Source of the DNA: Piromyces finnis finn
Lineage: Eukaryota > Fungi > Neocallimastigomycota
Reading direction: 5' to 3'
DNA: 64,000 bases
Assembly: GCA_002104945.1 (NCBI GenBank)
Contig: MCFH01000071.1
Location: 1 to 64,000 of the forward strand
The notes under the pieces are model-generated. The model did no database searches and was not told the DNA's origin. It saw only the letters and a program-made list of their open reading frames with translations. Below, piece by piece: positions 1 through 12,277 of the stretch; position 1 is the stretch's first letter; each line of letters starts with the position of its first letter. The position numbers were made by a program, and so were the translations under genes.

Positions 1-634
1 CTATTGTTATAATATTCATAATATTAATTATTTCTTAATTATAATATAATTCATTGAATATAATATTAATAATTATAATCCTCTAGTTCAAAGATTATAA
101 ATTATGTTATTGAAATAATTATTATAAAATAAAGTTAATTAGTTCCGGAAAATAATTTTAATTTAATTAAACAATAATTTTTTATACTTTGAGTGAATGA
201 TTTATGTTTGATATATCAGGGGTGATCATTCTCTGAATAAACAATTAATCATTGCTAACAAAATATCTTTAAATTGGAATATCTCGTGAACCAGCAGAGA
301 TATTGACCTGATTTTAAGATATGTTGTTTGTCTCGAGCGTGGCTTTCTAACGAACTTAATTATAACCAAAACATTTTTATTCAAAAATCGTCATTCGTTG
401 AGGAGATACGCGTGTTTTTTCTTATTCCATTTTAACGATAAGGGTTAAAGTTATTTATTATAAAAATTATTAAGGGTTAAGGTCATATTTTAACCTTTTC
501 TAAATTTTTAAATATTTCTTAATAAAATTTTATAATTTATTTGAAAATAAAATATTTGTTGATTTTGAATTTTCATAAGTGATTTCACAATTCCAAGTGA
601 TCTTGAAATTGTAATTTCACTAGTATTCGTGACA
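1..634. mobile_element. LTR family A, partial copy (left end outside window)
   Basis: Near-identical to 2185-2814 and 47375-48006. Ends ...TTCGTGACA at 634, 65 nt before tRNA-Val. Confidence 0.9.
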
Positions 635-699
635 TCATTTACCAAATATATGGATTTATTGCATTTTTCTGAATGTGGTGTACCATGAAATTTATCAAT

Positions 700-772
700 A
701 TCCAAATAGTGTAGTGGTTATCACGTTTCCTTTACACGGAAAAGGTCTCCGGTTCGAACCCGGGTTTGGGTA
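700..772 (+). tRNA. tRNA-Val: tRNA-Val, anticodon TAC
   Basis: Cloverleaf: acceptor ATCCAAA/TTTGGGT, D arm GTGTAGTGGTTATCAC, anticodon arm TTTCC-TT TAC AC-GGAAA, T arm TCCGG-TTCGAAC-CCGGG. TTTT follows about 10 nt downstream. Confidence 0.93.
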
Positions 773-1023
773 ATGATGATTATTTTAATGAATATATTTT
801 GATATAATTTTCGAAATTACACAAGGATAATATTTAAAATTAACATAATATTTTACTCTTTATACTTTTATTTAATAATTTTAATTTTAACTAAAAATAT
901 TTCTAAATTTATTAATATATTTACTATTTATATAAGTAACCCTACTTATTAATTTAATATAAATTATGTTTTATAATAATACTTTTATTTATTAATAAAT
1001 TTATTAATACAATATATAATCAA

Positions 1024-1385
1024 ATAAAAATAAAATAAAATAAAATAAAATAAAATAAAATAAAATAAAATAAAATAAAATAAAATAAAATAAAATAAAA
1101 TAAAATAAAATAAAATAAAATAAAATAAAATAAAATAAAATAAAATAAAATAAAATAAAATAAAATAAAATAAAATAAAATAAAATAAAATAAAATAAAA
1201 TAAAATAAAATAAAATAAAATAAAATAAAATAAAATAAAATAAAATAAAATAAAATAAAATAAAATAAAATAAAATAAAATAAAATAAAATAAAATAAAA
1301 TAAAATAAAATAAAATAAAATAAAATAAAATAAAATAAAATAAAATAAAATAAAATAAAATAAAATAAAATAAAATAAAATAAAA
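1024..1385. repeat. (TAAAA)n pentanucleotide microsatellite, about 71 perfect units
   Basis: Direct reading of the uninterrupted repeat. Confidence 0.97.
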
Positions 1386-1646
1386 ATGTTTAATAAATTT
1401 ATTTCATACCAAAAAGTGAAAAATTTTAAGCTTTTTGTTAATTGGCTTCCTTTAAATGTAAATCATTTAAATGTAAATTTTTTTATTTAAATGGTTTTTA
1501 TTAATAAAATATTTTATGTATAATTTCACAAAAATATGTTTAAATTGCATAAGTCACAATATAATAATAATTCTCTTGATTTTATAAGGTATATTAATTT
1601 TTTTTTCTACCACCAAATATTATTAAAGTAAAATATTAAAAATAAA

Positions 1647-1718
1647 TAGCAGCGGTATGTTTCGATCATACGACCTGTGGGTTATGAGCCCACCACGCTT
1701 CCACTGCGCTACGCTGCT
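1647..1718 (-). tRNA. tRNA-iMet: Initiator tRNA-Met (CAT)
   Basis: Reverse complement AGCAGCGTAGCGCAGTGGAAGCGTGGTGGGCTCATAACCCACAGGTCGTATGATCGAAACATACCGCTGCTA. A1:U72 pair, GGG/CCC anticodon stem and an A54-type T loop are eukaryotic initiator hallmarks. Confidence 0.96.
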
Positions 1719-1734
1719 CCTTATTGCATTTGTA

Positions 1735-3595
1735 TGTAAGAATTAATAATTATTTATTGAATAATTATTAATTCTTATTTAATTGTAAAAGTTTTACTAA
1801 ACTTATAATTTAATATTAAAATATTAAATTAAATAAAAGGTTAAAAGATAACTAGGTTAGAAAAAAAATGTTTTATTAAAATAATCTTAATTGATTTATA
1901 AATGAATAATTATATTATGTATTATAGTTAAAATAATTCCTTTTTATTTTATTTAAAGAATATATATAATAATAAGATTATTTAATAGTAATACTTATTA
2001 AGTATTAATAAGATAATAATCTTTACAAAGATTTAATTCATAAAACTATTCTAAACTATTTATACTATTTGTAATTTTACATTTAATACTAAAATAACTT
2101 TTTAGTACATGATTATATTCATAATATATTTTATAATACTAAGGCTAAACTTAAGACTTACTACTAATTATTAAAAATAACTATTGTTTATATATTTATA
2201 ATATTAATTATTTCTTAATTATAATATAATTCATTGAATATAATATTAATAATTATAATCTTTTAATTCAAAGATTATAAATTATGTTATTGAAATAATT
2301 ATTATAAAATAAAGTTAATTAGTTCCGGAAAATAATTTTAATTTAATTAAACAATATTTTTTTATACTTTGAGTGAATGATTTATGTTTGATATATCAGG
2401 GGTGATCATTCTCTGAATAAACAATTAATCATTGCTAACAAAATATCTTTAAATTGGAATATCTCGTGAACCAGCAGAGATATTGACCTGATTTTAAGAT
2501 ATGTTGTTTGTCTCGAGCGTGGCTTTCTAACGAACTTAATTATAACCAAAACATTTTTATTCAAAAATCGTCATTCGTTGAGGAGATACGCGTGTTTTTT
2601 CTTATTCCATTTTAACGATAAGGGTTAAAGTTATTTATTATAAAAATTATTAAGGGTTAAGGTCATATTTTAACCTTTTCTAAATTTTTAAATATTTCTT
2701 AATAAAATTTTATAATTTATTTGAAAATAAAATATTTGTTGATTTTGAATTTTCATAAGTGATTTCACAATTCCAAGTGATCTTGAAATTGTAATTTCAC
2801 TAGTATTCGTGACATTAATTATTTTTTTAATTATTAAATTAATTAATTATTTAAATTATTAGCATACATTCATTTAAATTACTATAAACAGTTATTTATA
2901 TTAATATTAATTATTCATTTACTAAATGTAAAATTTATTTAATTATTATATTAATTAATTATTTATTTAATTTAGTAATTTATCTAAAATAATAGTAAAC
3001 ATTCATTTATTCTATTATTTAATAATTTTTGTATTACATTTTATAAGAAACATTATGTATTTTATTTTACGTTTGTATTTTATATTTATGTATCGTATCT
3101 TGAAATAACTTATAGAAACAACTAGAAGATATAAATAAATATTAGGACAATCGGATATTAAGGTTTTTCCGAATTTTATTCGGTTTTACTTAATATTACG
3201 ATGATTGATATATTAGTTATCAATCGAATATCTTTTTAGGTTTTTCTTCGAGTCTTTTCCTAAAAAGATTATTTGTTAAGATTAGAAATTTTTTATTAAA
3301 CTTTAAATTATTAAAAAATTATAAATAAAAGAACTCTGGGATACCACTTAAAAATCCAGAGTTATTATTATAAGAACTATTATAATAAATAACCTTTATT
3401 AAAACAATATTAATAAAATATTTTAAATTAATTAACATTAAAAGTTTTGTGTTGTTTATTATACTTCCTTATAATAAACTCTTATTAAGATAAGTATAAA
3501 ATTTTATTTTAACTTCTCAGTTTAATAATACTAATTATTATTAAATTGAAGATAATAATTATTATTATATAATACATATAATAATAATTATTACA
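1735..3595. mobile_element. Solo LTR family K, copy 1, interrupted by the A LTR
   Basis: Start TGTAAGAATTAATAATTATTT matches 46150. Conserved core at 3140-3375 shared with 32605-32855 and 46550-46800. End ...AATTATTACA. TSD not clean. Confidence 0.7.
1784..2814. mobile_element. Solo LTR family A (1031 bp)
   Basis: TG...CA termini, TSD TTAAT (1779-1783 / 2815-2819), 65 nt upstream of tRNA-iMet. Confidence 0.93.
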
Positions 3596-3598
3596 TTT

Positions 3599-4165
3599 TG
3601 TCACAATATATCAATACGTTACATTACGTTAAGAAAATTTTTTTGTTATAATTAACTTTAATTAATATTAAATAATAAAATAATTTTTGTAGAAGAATCT
3701 TAATTATTAATAAATTAGTTATTAGTAATAAATAGAAAAATTTAGAAGAATAAATAGTTTAGTTTAGTAAAAGAATTATAACACCTTCTCGAAGTAATAT
3801 TAATTTTATAATCTTTATTATTAATTATTTTTATGTAATTAGTAATTATTAGTAATTATTATTAATAAAAAATTAAAATAATTGTAAAGCCTCAATTGAA
3901 GCTTTAGTATAAATAGTTAAAGAAAAAATAATTAGTTAAGCTTCAATTGAGAATTATTTTCAAATTCTATAAAAACCTTTTTATTATTCTGACTTATAAA
4001 AAGTCCACTTTTCAATGTTAATAAAAGATCAAATATAATTTTAAACTTAAATTATTAATAAAAGAGTCTTGTAAAATTTTTAAATAAATTTCTATTATTG
4101 TCTTTTCTAAATTTTTATCAAACCTTATTTAATAATAAAATAATTCAACCTATTCGCCAAACCCC
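3599..4165. mobile_element. Possible degraded LTR fragment
   Basis: Begins TGTCACAATA like the family B terminus, directly after K1. Right end and TSD not resolved. Confidence 0.3.
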
Positions 4166-4782
4166 TGATACAATAACATATATAAAAATTTAAAAAATTT
4201 GGACACATGGAAAAAATTAAAAATTTTTTTAAAATTTGAAAATTTGAAAATTTGAAAAAATTTATTTTTTAAATTTTTATTAAAAAATTTCAAAGTATAA
4301 AATTTCTAATATTTGAAATTATTAAATTTTTAAAATTATTAAAATTTTATTATTAAAAATTTTATTTTAAATTTATTAACTATTTACAATAATTATATTA
4401 ATTATTAATTTATAAAAATTAAATATTTTATAATTAGATAATAATTAATTAAAATTAAAAAATGTAATAATTAAAATTGTTCATGTATAAAAAGAACAAA
4501 AATTGACAAAAATTACGAAGCTTTAGCGTTAGTAATTTTTTAACCTAAAGTTAATAAAATTTATAAACTCCTATAAAACCTAAAACTTTAAAAATTTTAA
4601 TATTTTTAATAACTTAATATATGCTGATATTAAGTTATTGCTAAAATAAAAATATTATTTAAATTTCTTTATATAAATATTATTAGCTTTACGCCTTCGA
4701 TAGGAAAGCGTATTATATTTATTAATTAATATAACTAGTGTGCTTACCACACTTTTCTTTAATAAAAAATCGCTTTTTGACA
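4166..4782 (+). mobile_element. Solo LTR family B
   Basis: Matches 33159-34601 (inverted) and 37321-37866. Ends ...CGCTTTTTGACA and contains the self-primer AGCGTTAGTAA. No clean TSD. Confidence 0.85.
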
Positions 4783-4786
4783 ATTT

Positions 4787-5282
4787 TGTAAGAAATATTT
4801 GTGGCCATAAGTTTGCCCACAAATATTTCAATTGAAACCATATATTCTGGTCACCATTTATTGGCCAAATATATGTATAACCATATATTAATGGTTATTA
4901 ATTAAATAGGAAGTTTATTTGCTTTACCCAATCAAGTGGTAAAGAAAATAAACTAATATAGTTAAATAGTATAGTTAAAACTAACGTTAAATACTTTAGC
5001 GTTAGTATTAAAGTAATTTAGTAACTATAATAATAATTAATGTATTATAATTATAATTAATAAATAAAAGATATAATTAAAATTAATTATTTAAGTAAAT
5101 TTATTTCATAATAATATTTATATATACTTGTATTTATTCTTGTGTTATAATATTTATTTTCTTTCTTTTATTATTTTTTATAAAACTTTATTTAGTTATT
5201 AACTCGTATAGAGAGGTAATAACTAACTTAATTAACTAAATTATATAACTTATTAACTAATATTATAAAAACACCTTTTACA
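4787..5282 (+). mobile_element. Solo LTR family D
   Basis: Reverse complement of the LTRs at 48066-48559 and 54378-54871. Flanks AATTT / CATTT. Confidence 0.88.
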
Positions 5283-5337
5283 CATTTTTTTAATACGAAG
5301 AGGATATTATCTTAATTCTATAAAGGAATATAGAAAG

Positions 5338-5807
5338 TGATAATATTTGTATCTAAAATTTAATAAATAAAAATAAATAAGAAAATAAAAATAGAATAAA
5401 TGATTTTTATACTTGTTCATTTGCAAGTCTTTGTTAGTTTAAAATATAAAATTATTTTATTTAATTATAAAGTTTTAATATTTAATAACTCTTGTATTAT
5501 TAAATATATATATGTTATGGTTTAATACATCTTGAATGTATGTAAATATAATCACAACTATTATTTTAATAAAATTTAATATTATTATCTAATTTTTATG
5601 GATTATTAGGAACATCTTTTAAAATAAAATAATTCTATCACTATTTATACAAAATTATTATTTTAAAGTATAATTATAAACAAATATAAACTATTTAATT
5701 TAAAACTAAATAAACAATTAAATAAACAAAAAGTTTACATTTATAATTTTTAATTTAATAATTTTATACATGTTAATTATTTTAATTTTTAACTATCTGT
5801 GTTTTAA

Positions 5808-5853
<46 letters not shown>

Positions 5854-5885
5854 AATTCATAATTTATAAATTTAATTATTTATCA
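5338..5885. mobile_element. LTR-like repeat family N, copy 1
   Basis: TGATAA...TTATCA termini, homologous to 34654-35188, internal (ATT)n run. Confidence 0.65.
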
Positions 5886-5890
5886 TTTTA

Positions 5891-6596
5891 TGTTAAGGAA
5901 CCAACAAATAATGTTATTCTTGTCATAATTAATGATTATGACCTAATCCATTATTGTTCCTAAATGTATGAAAACTTTACAATATTCTTATTTGTAAATT
6001 AATGTATACATTTAAATTATATTTAAAATTATTAATGATTATTTTATTAAACTTAAATTTTATTTTATTAAACTTAAAAATTAATTTAGTAATAATAATA
6101 TATTGAAAATTATAGTTTATTGAACTTTTAGTTTAATTTATCAAGTTAATGAATTTTTATTAATTAAAATTATGAATAATATTTCTGTAAAATAGTAAAA
6201 TTCTTTAGTTAAATATATTTAAAATAAACTTTTAATGTATGTTAATCAATTTAATAATATGTATAAATATTTATTATAATAGTAATGTAATTTTATTATT
6301 CATTTAAAAGTAATTTAAATACTAAAATTAATGTAAATAATTAAAGACTAATTCTTTTAATTAACACTACTTAATTTTTTACAAAAAGTATAAAAAGGTG
6401 TATATTATAAGAATTAGAGAATATACAGATATTTTTTATTTTTATTTTTATTTTATTTTATAATTTTATATTAATATCTTAATAAAACAATTTTATTAAT
6501 AAAACAATTTTTCTTATTTCATTTTAATATTATTTTTGAGTATTAATAAATTTATTAATATTTTATAAATAAAAGTAGATTCCTCGAACCATAACA
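5891..6596. mobile_element. Solo LTR, family I-like
   Basis: TGTTAAGGAA...GAACCATAACA termini resemble 7163-7997. Flanks TTTA / TTTG. Confidence 0.6.
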
Positions 6597-6600
6597 TTTG

Positions 6601-7158
6601 TGATACGTTACCTCTATAAAAATAAGAAATTAGCATAAACTCTAGGAAAAAAATAATTTAGGTTAGAAAATAATAATAATATAATATTGTAGAATTAATC
6701 ATCAATGTACATTAACGTACATAGTTAATAATAGTAATAATTATAATATAATAATATAACGGAGTTATAGGAAAAATAATAAAAAATAGTATAAAAAATA
6801 TAAGAGAAAAAGGAATGATTTTTAGAAAAAAAGAATTAGTTTAAGGATATTTTTGGAAGAGAATTATTTAAAGGGTTTAAATAATTCTATTAGGTTATAT
6901 TATTTGTTATAAAAAAATAAATTATTCTGATTCTTTTAATTGTAAACCTTTTAATTCATTAATTATAAATAAAGATTAAAGATAAAACAAAGACATTATA
7001 TAAATTATATGTCTCTTTCTTTCAATTTTATTTATTAAAAGTATTGAAATTGTTATTATTAACTTCTTTATTAGAATATATTATTTTAGAATTTCCCTAT
7101 TTGCTTTGTCCTAAAATAAATAAATTATTTTGTGGTACTTTATGAAAATATTGTATCA
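6601..7158. mobile_element. Solo LTR family L with 4-bp TSD
   Basis: TGATAC...GTATCA inverted termini, TSD TTTG (6597-6600 / 7159-7162). Confidence 0.7.
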
Positions 7159-7162
7159 TTTG

Positions 7163-7997
7163 TGTTAAGGAATGAAAATAAATAGTTAAAATTGCTATAA
7201 CTCAATTATGAACTATTTACATTCCTTACTACTGTTTAACTCTATTTTTGAATTATAAAATTATATAATAATTTTTATACATTTTCTTATTAATTAATTA
7301 TATTTTATTATATAATTATATTATTTGTATATAGTTATTTCATTACTTTTAATATTAGTCTTATTATAATGTTTTATTCTTATAAAATTTTACTTAATTC
7401 TTATTATTAAAACGATTGTATATTTTATTATTAATTAAGATTTATTTTATTAATTAACTTTATTATATAATATTCAGAAATTAAGATTATTAAATGAAAA
7501 TGAGCTATAATTTAATTACTAGAAAAGGTAATTGTTACACAAATAACAGAAGATACCTTGACATAAAATTATTGTTTATAGCTAAATAAGGACATAATTA
7601 ATCAACTAATATAAATTTATTATAGGATGTAGTTGACTAGTTAATATATGATAAAAAAATGTTACATGTAAAATATATTAAAATTTTATTAATTGTAAAT
7701 TAAAAATTTTTATATTCAAATATTAAGAGATTATTCATAATATATATTAAAGATTTAATTAATATATGTTATAGTGAATGATCCATATATTATGAATGAA
7801 ATCAATTTAAATCCTTAGCTATCCAAAATCATTAAATTTCAAATAATGGATAGTTGGAAAAAGTACGAGGATTTTTGAGAAAAATTTTAAAAATTGAAAA
7901 ATCAAAAATAAATTAAATGAATAAAAATTAAAATTAAATAAATTTTTATTTTTATAACTATTCAAGTGTTTTGTGATATCTTATTTGAACCGTAGCA
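7163..7997. mobile_element. Solo LTR family I with 4-bp TSD
   Basis: TGTTAAGG...CCGTAGCA, TSD TTTG (7159-7162 / 7998-8001). Start homologous to the inverted copy ending at 45570. Confidence 0.7.
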
Positions 7998-8422
7998 TTT
8001 GTCTATAAGAAATAATAATTATTTCAATCTAAATAATTAATATTTCTTATTAGTTTAATAATTTAGTTAATAATATTTCATACACTTAAACTATTTATTT
8101 AATTTATTTAGTTAAATATAATGTATACATTCTGTTAGAATATCTTAGAATAAATTAAATATGTGTTAAAACAATTTTATTTTCTGTTTAAAATAATTAA
8201 TAATGTATTAGTAAATGTATTAATAATAATTAGTAGTGTATTAGTAATTCACATGTTCTAAGAACATTTATTAGCAATAGTTTTTAGTTTTATAACTAGC
8301 CACATTTTATAGTATAAATTTATTCAATTTCTCATTAATTAATTCTTTGTAATTACCATAATCTATTAATATTAATAATAAAATTAAACTATATTTTTAA
8401 TAAAATATTTTAACTAATAAAA

Positions 8423-8436
8423 GATTAAGAGTCTCA
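8423..8436 (+). promoter_or_regulatory. Copia primer-binding site complementary to the tRNA-Lys(CUU) anticodon arm
   Basis: GATTAAGAGTCTCA abuts the 5' LTR. Its reverse complement TGAGACTCTTAATC matches positions 27-40 of typical eukaryotic tRNA-Lys(CTT) (recalled, not searched). Confidence 0.7.
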
Positions 8437-8455
8437 ATTCCTCTTTATTTACGAC

Positions 8456-10445
8456 ATGTCTCAAGAATTAAAACTCCAACCTGAAGAACGTCTTAACAAA
8501 GATAATTTTGAAGAATGGGAATTCCTTATCAACAACATTCTCAAATCCAAGAAAATCTTAAGCTATGTTAAAACTAATAAAATTGAAGAACTTAAGAAAA
8601 AGCTTGAAACTGAAAAAGGGAATACCATCCAAAACAAACAGGCTATAAAAGAAATGGAAGAAGAGATCGATGAAGCAGAAGCAATGGATGCACTAGCTTG
8701 CACGATCATTAGCACCAACGTTTCAAAGGAAGTGCTAGATTATATCAAGAGATTATCATCAGGTTATGATATTATGAAAAAGCTGAGATCTATGTATGGC
8801 AAAAAGAAATCTGCTGATATTCAATATTGGATGAAGAAGATGTACTCTTTAAAGGCTACGGATCTTTCCGAATGCAAAGATGTAATTAATCAAATTAAAG
8901 AGATTTTTGATATTATATCAAGAAGTAATGCAAATCTTGGAGATTGGGAAAAGATTAGAGTTTTATACTTATCATTCCCTAAAACCCTCAGAAACTATAT
9001 TCATCCTGATGGTACTGAAACTGTCGAAGATTTTCTGAACCAAGCAATAAATAAAATAAACTTTCTCATTTATCTTAACAGCAGTATTGATTATAACAGA
9101 AGTATCAATGCAAATGATGATCTAATGGACATCGACTTCATTAATAGAAGCGAGAAGGATATTTCTTATATATCTAAAAATAAGAATAAAAATTATAAAC
9201 CAAAATTTTGCCATATATGCGAAGTTAATGGTCATTCTACCAAAGAATGCAAATATAATCAACTAACTAATATAAATAAAGAAAATAAAAATAAGATAAC
9301 TGAAAATAATAATAATAACAAAAAGAAGTTTGATAAAAATAACAAAAAGAAAAATAGTAAATATAGATATAAATCTATTTCAAATATGGAATATAATGAT
9401 CAGTATTCTGACACCGAACTCTCTTTTGATGAACTAAAAACAATGTATGATCATGAAGCTAATAGTATTGAAATAATTGAAGATAACACTCACACTGATA
9501 ATAATGAATATCAAGATCAATTAATTTTAAATATAAATAAAAATAAATATGATAATAAGACTATATGGACATTTGATACTGGTGCATCAGAGCACATCAC
9601 CAACAATAAAGAAATACTTACTAATTTTCGAGAAGAAAAAATAACATTAAAATGTGCAAATAACTCATTATGTGAATTCAGTGGTATTGGTACATATAAA
9701 GGCTGTATAAACGGATATAATATAATACTTGAAAACGTCTTATACTCAAAACAAGTTAGTAAAAATTTATTAAGTGGTATAAAGCTTTCACAAAATGGTA
9801 TAATTTGTAATATGAAGCCAAAGAAAGAAAATGTATATCTTAACCTAAAAATAAAAAATGAAAAGAATAAAACTGTCAATATAGGAACATTTATGGCAGA
9901 TAAAAATAATATCATACGCATACCTATATATAATAAAATAAAAACTGATACTTACATTGACACAATATCTTATGAAAATAAATTTAAACTTAATGAACAT
10001 TCAAGACTATTATGGCATAAAAGGCTTGTACACTTCTACCATGATAATTTAAACAGATACTTAAAATTACACAATATTAAAGAAGTTGAATGTAATGACT
10101 GTAAAATAGCAAAATTAAACCGTAAACCCCATAACTCGGAAACTCCAAAAGCTACTGAAATTTTGGAAGTAATACATTCAGATGTAATTGGTCCAATCCA
10201 AAAATCATTTACTGGTAAAACATATGTATTAACCTTTATTGATGAATTTACTAGAAAAAGTTGGATTTTTCTACTTGAAGGAAAGTCGGAAATTCCTAGG
10301 ACAATTATTAACTTTTTTACATATTTAACAAATCAATTTAAGTATAAAATTAAAACATTTCATTCTGATCAGGGTACTGAATATAATAATAAGAAAATTC
10401 TTAATTACTGTAAAGAAAGTGGTATTATCAAAACTTTTTCTCCTC
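8456..10445 (+). CDS. gag-pol: Copia gag-protease-integrase, N-terminal part (interrupted)
   Basis: CCHC knuckle CHICEVNGHSTKEC, protease FDTGAS, WHKRLVH...C..C zinc finger, IN motifs HSDVIGP and HSDQGTEY. Cut at FSP|PYNPQ by the insertion. Confidence 0.93.
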
Positions 10446-12155
10446 TGTAATGTTGAACACTGAAAGAATAGATTAGGATATCTATTCTATTACAATAACA
10501 CAAAAATTTGAAAAATAAAATAAAAAATTGTTTTATAAAATATCTTTTATTATAATAGAATTTTAATAATAACAATTACATCGATAAAATGATGAAAAAT
10601 ATCTTCTATTTATATTTTTCCTAAATACATTTATATTATATTATAACTATTTATTTCTTATATATTATTATTTAAAATCTACACTAAAATCTTAATTATT
10701 AATAAATATTTAAACTATAACTATTTTTAGTAAAATACAATTGGCAATTCAAATTAAGTACCATTTAATTTGAATATGTGCCCATGTATTATTGATATAT
10801 TAATCATTTATTATTTATCTATTTCTATAAAAAAACAATACTAAAACTAGGGATTTAAATTGAGAATATTAATTTACTTGTTAAACATTAAAAATAAATT
10901 AATAATTTATTTTGTTTTAAACTTTAATGTAATGGCGACACAGAAAGAATAGATTAGGATATCTATTCTATTACAATAACACTAAATTTAAAATAAAAAT
11001 AAAAAATTGTTTTATTAAAAATATCTTTTATTATAATAGAATTTTAATAATAACAATTACATTGATAAAATGATGAAAAATATCTTCTATTTATATTTTT
11101 CCTAAATACATTTATATTATATTATAACTATTTATTTCTTATATATTATTATTTAAAATCTACACTAAAATCTTAATTATTAATAAATATTTAAACTATA
11201 ACTATTTTTAGTAAAATACAATTGGCAATTCAAATTAAGTACCATTTAATTTGAATATGTTGTAAAGATATCAAACGCCTCTGTTTGATATCTTTAATGT
11301 AACTTAAGCCACAAGTATTATTGTTTAAGTTACACAAATTATATTCAGAAAAAGAAAATGAGACATAATTTATTTATTAATAATTAAAGTTTAAAACAAA
11401 ATAAATTATTAATTTATTTTTAATGTTTAACAAGCAAATTAATATTCTCAATTTAAATCCCTAGTTTTAGTATTGTTTTTTTATAGAAATAGATAAATAA
11501 TAAATGATTAATATATCAATAATACATGGGCACATATTCAAATTAAATAGTACTTAATTTGAATTGCCAATTGTATTTTACTAAAAATAGTTATAGTTTA
11601 AATATTTATTAATAATTAAGATTTTAGTGTAGATTTTAAATAATAATATATAAGAAATAAATAGTTATAATATAATATAAATGTATTTAGGAAAAATATA
11701 AATAGAAGATATTTTTCATCATTTTATCGATGTAATTGTTATTATTAAAATTCTATTATAATAAAAGATATTTTATAAAACAATTTTTTATTTTATTTTT
11801 TCAAAATCTTGTGTTATTGTAATAGAATAGATATCCTAATCTATTCTTTCAGTGTTCAACATTACAATAACAATTACCTAACATACAAATAAGAGTACGT
11901 TAGGATATCTTGGATAACTACTGATAACTTTGGGAACTACCAGGTATTTTGGATAACTACTGATATCTTTTGAAACTACCAGATATTTTGGATAACTACT
12001 GATATCTTTTGGAACTACCGGATATCTTGGATAACTACTAGTGTCTTTGTGAGCTACCATTTTTATAAATTTATTCTATTATCTTGCTCGACACTGTAAC
12101 ATACAGAGAGAGTCTGAAGCAACGTTTTAGTATAAATTTTTCTTTAGTTACTTTG

Positions 12156-12208
<53 letters not shown>

Positions 12209-12277
12209 ACTTGCTTGTAATAGTAGCAGGAAACAATCGGTAATCTTAATTTTTTCATTTAGTGTCTAGTTGGTGAA

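Noticed and set aside
508-705. 65-aa minus-strand ORF
   Set aside because: It spans an LTR end, spacer and tRNA start, has low complexity, and is not preserved at the other A copies.
1024-1385. Telomere or chromosome end
   Set aside because: The array is internal, flanked by unique sequence on both sides, and has no G-rich strand.
11878-12060. 60-aa ORF with a 13-aa periodic repeat
   Set aside because: It is the antisense translation of the 39-nt leader tandem repeat of P1.
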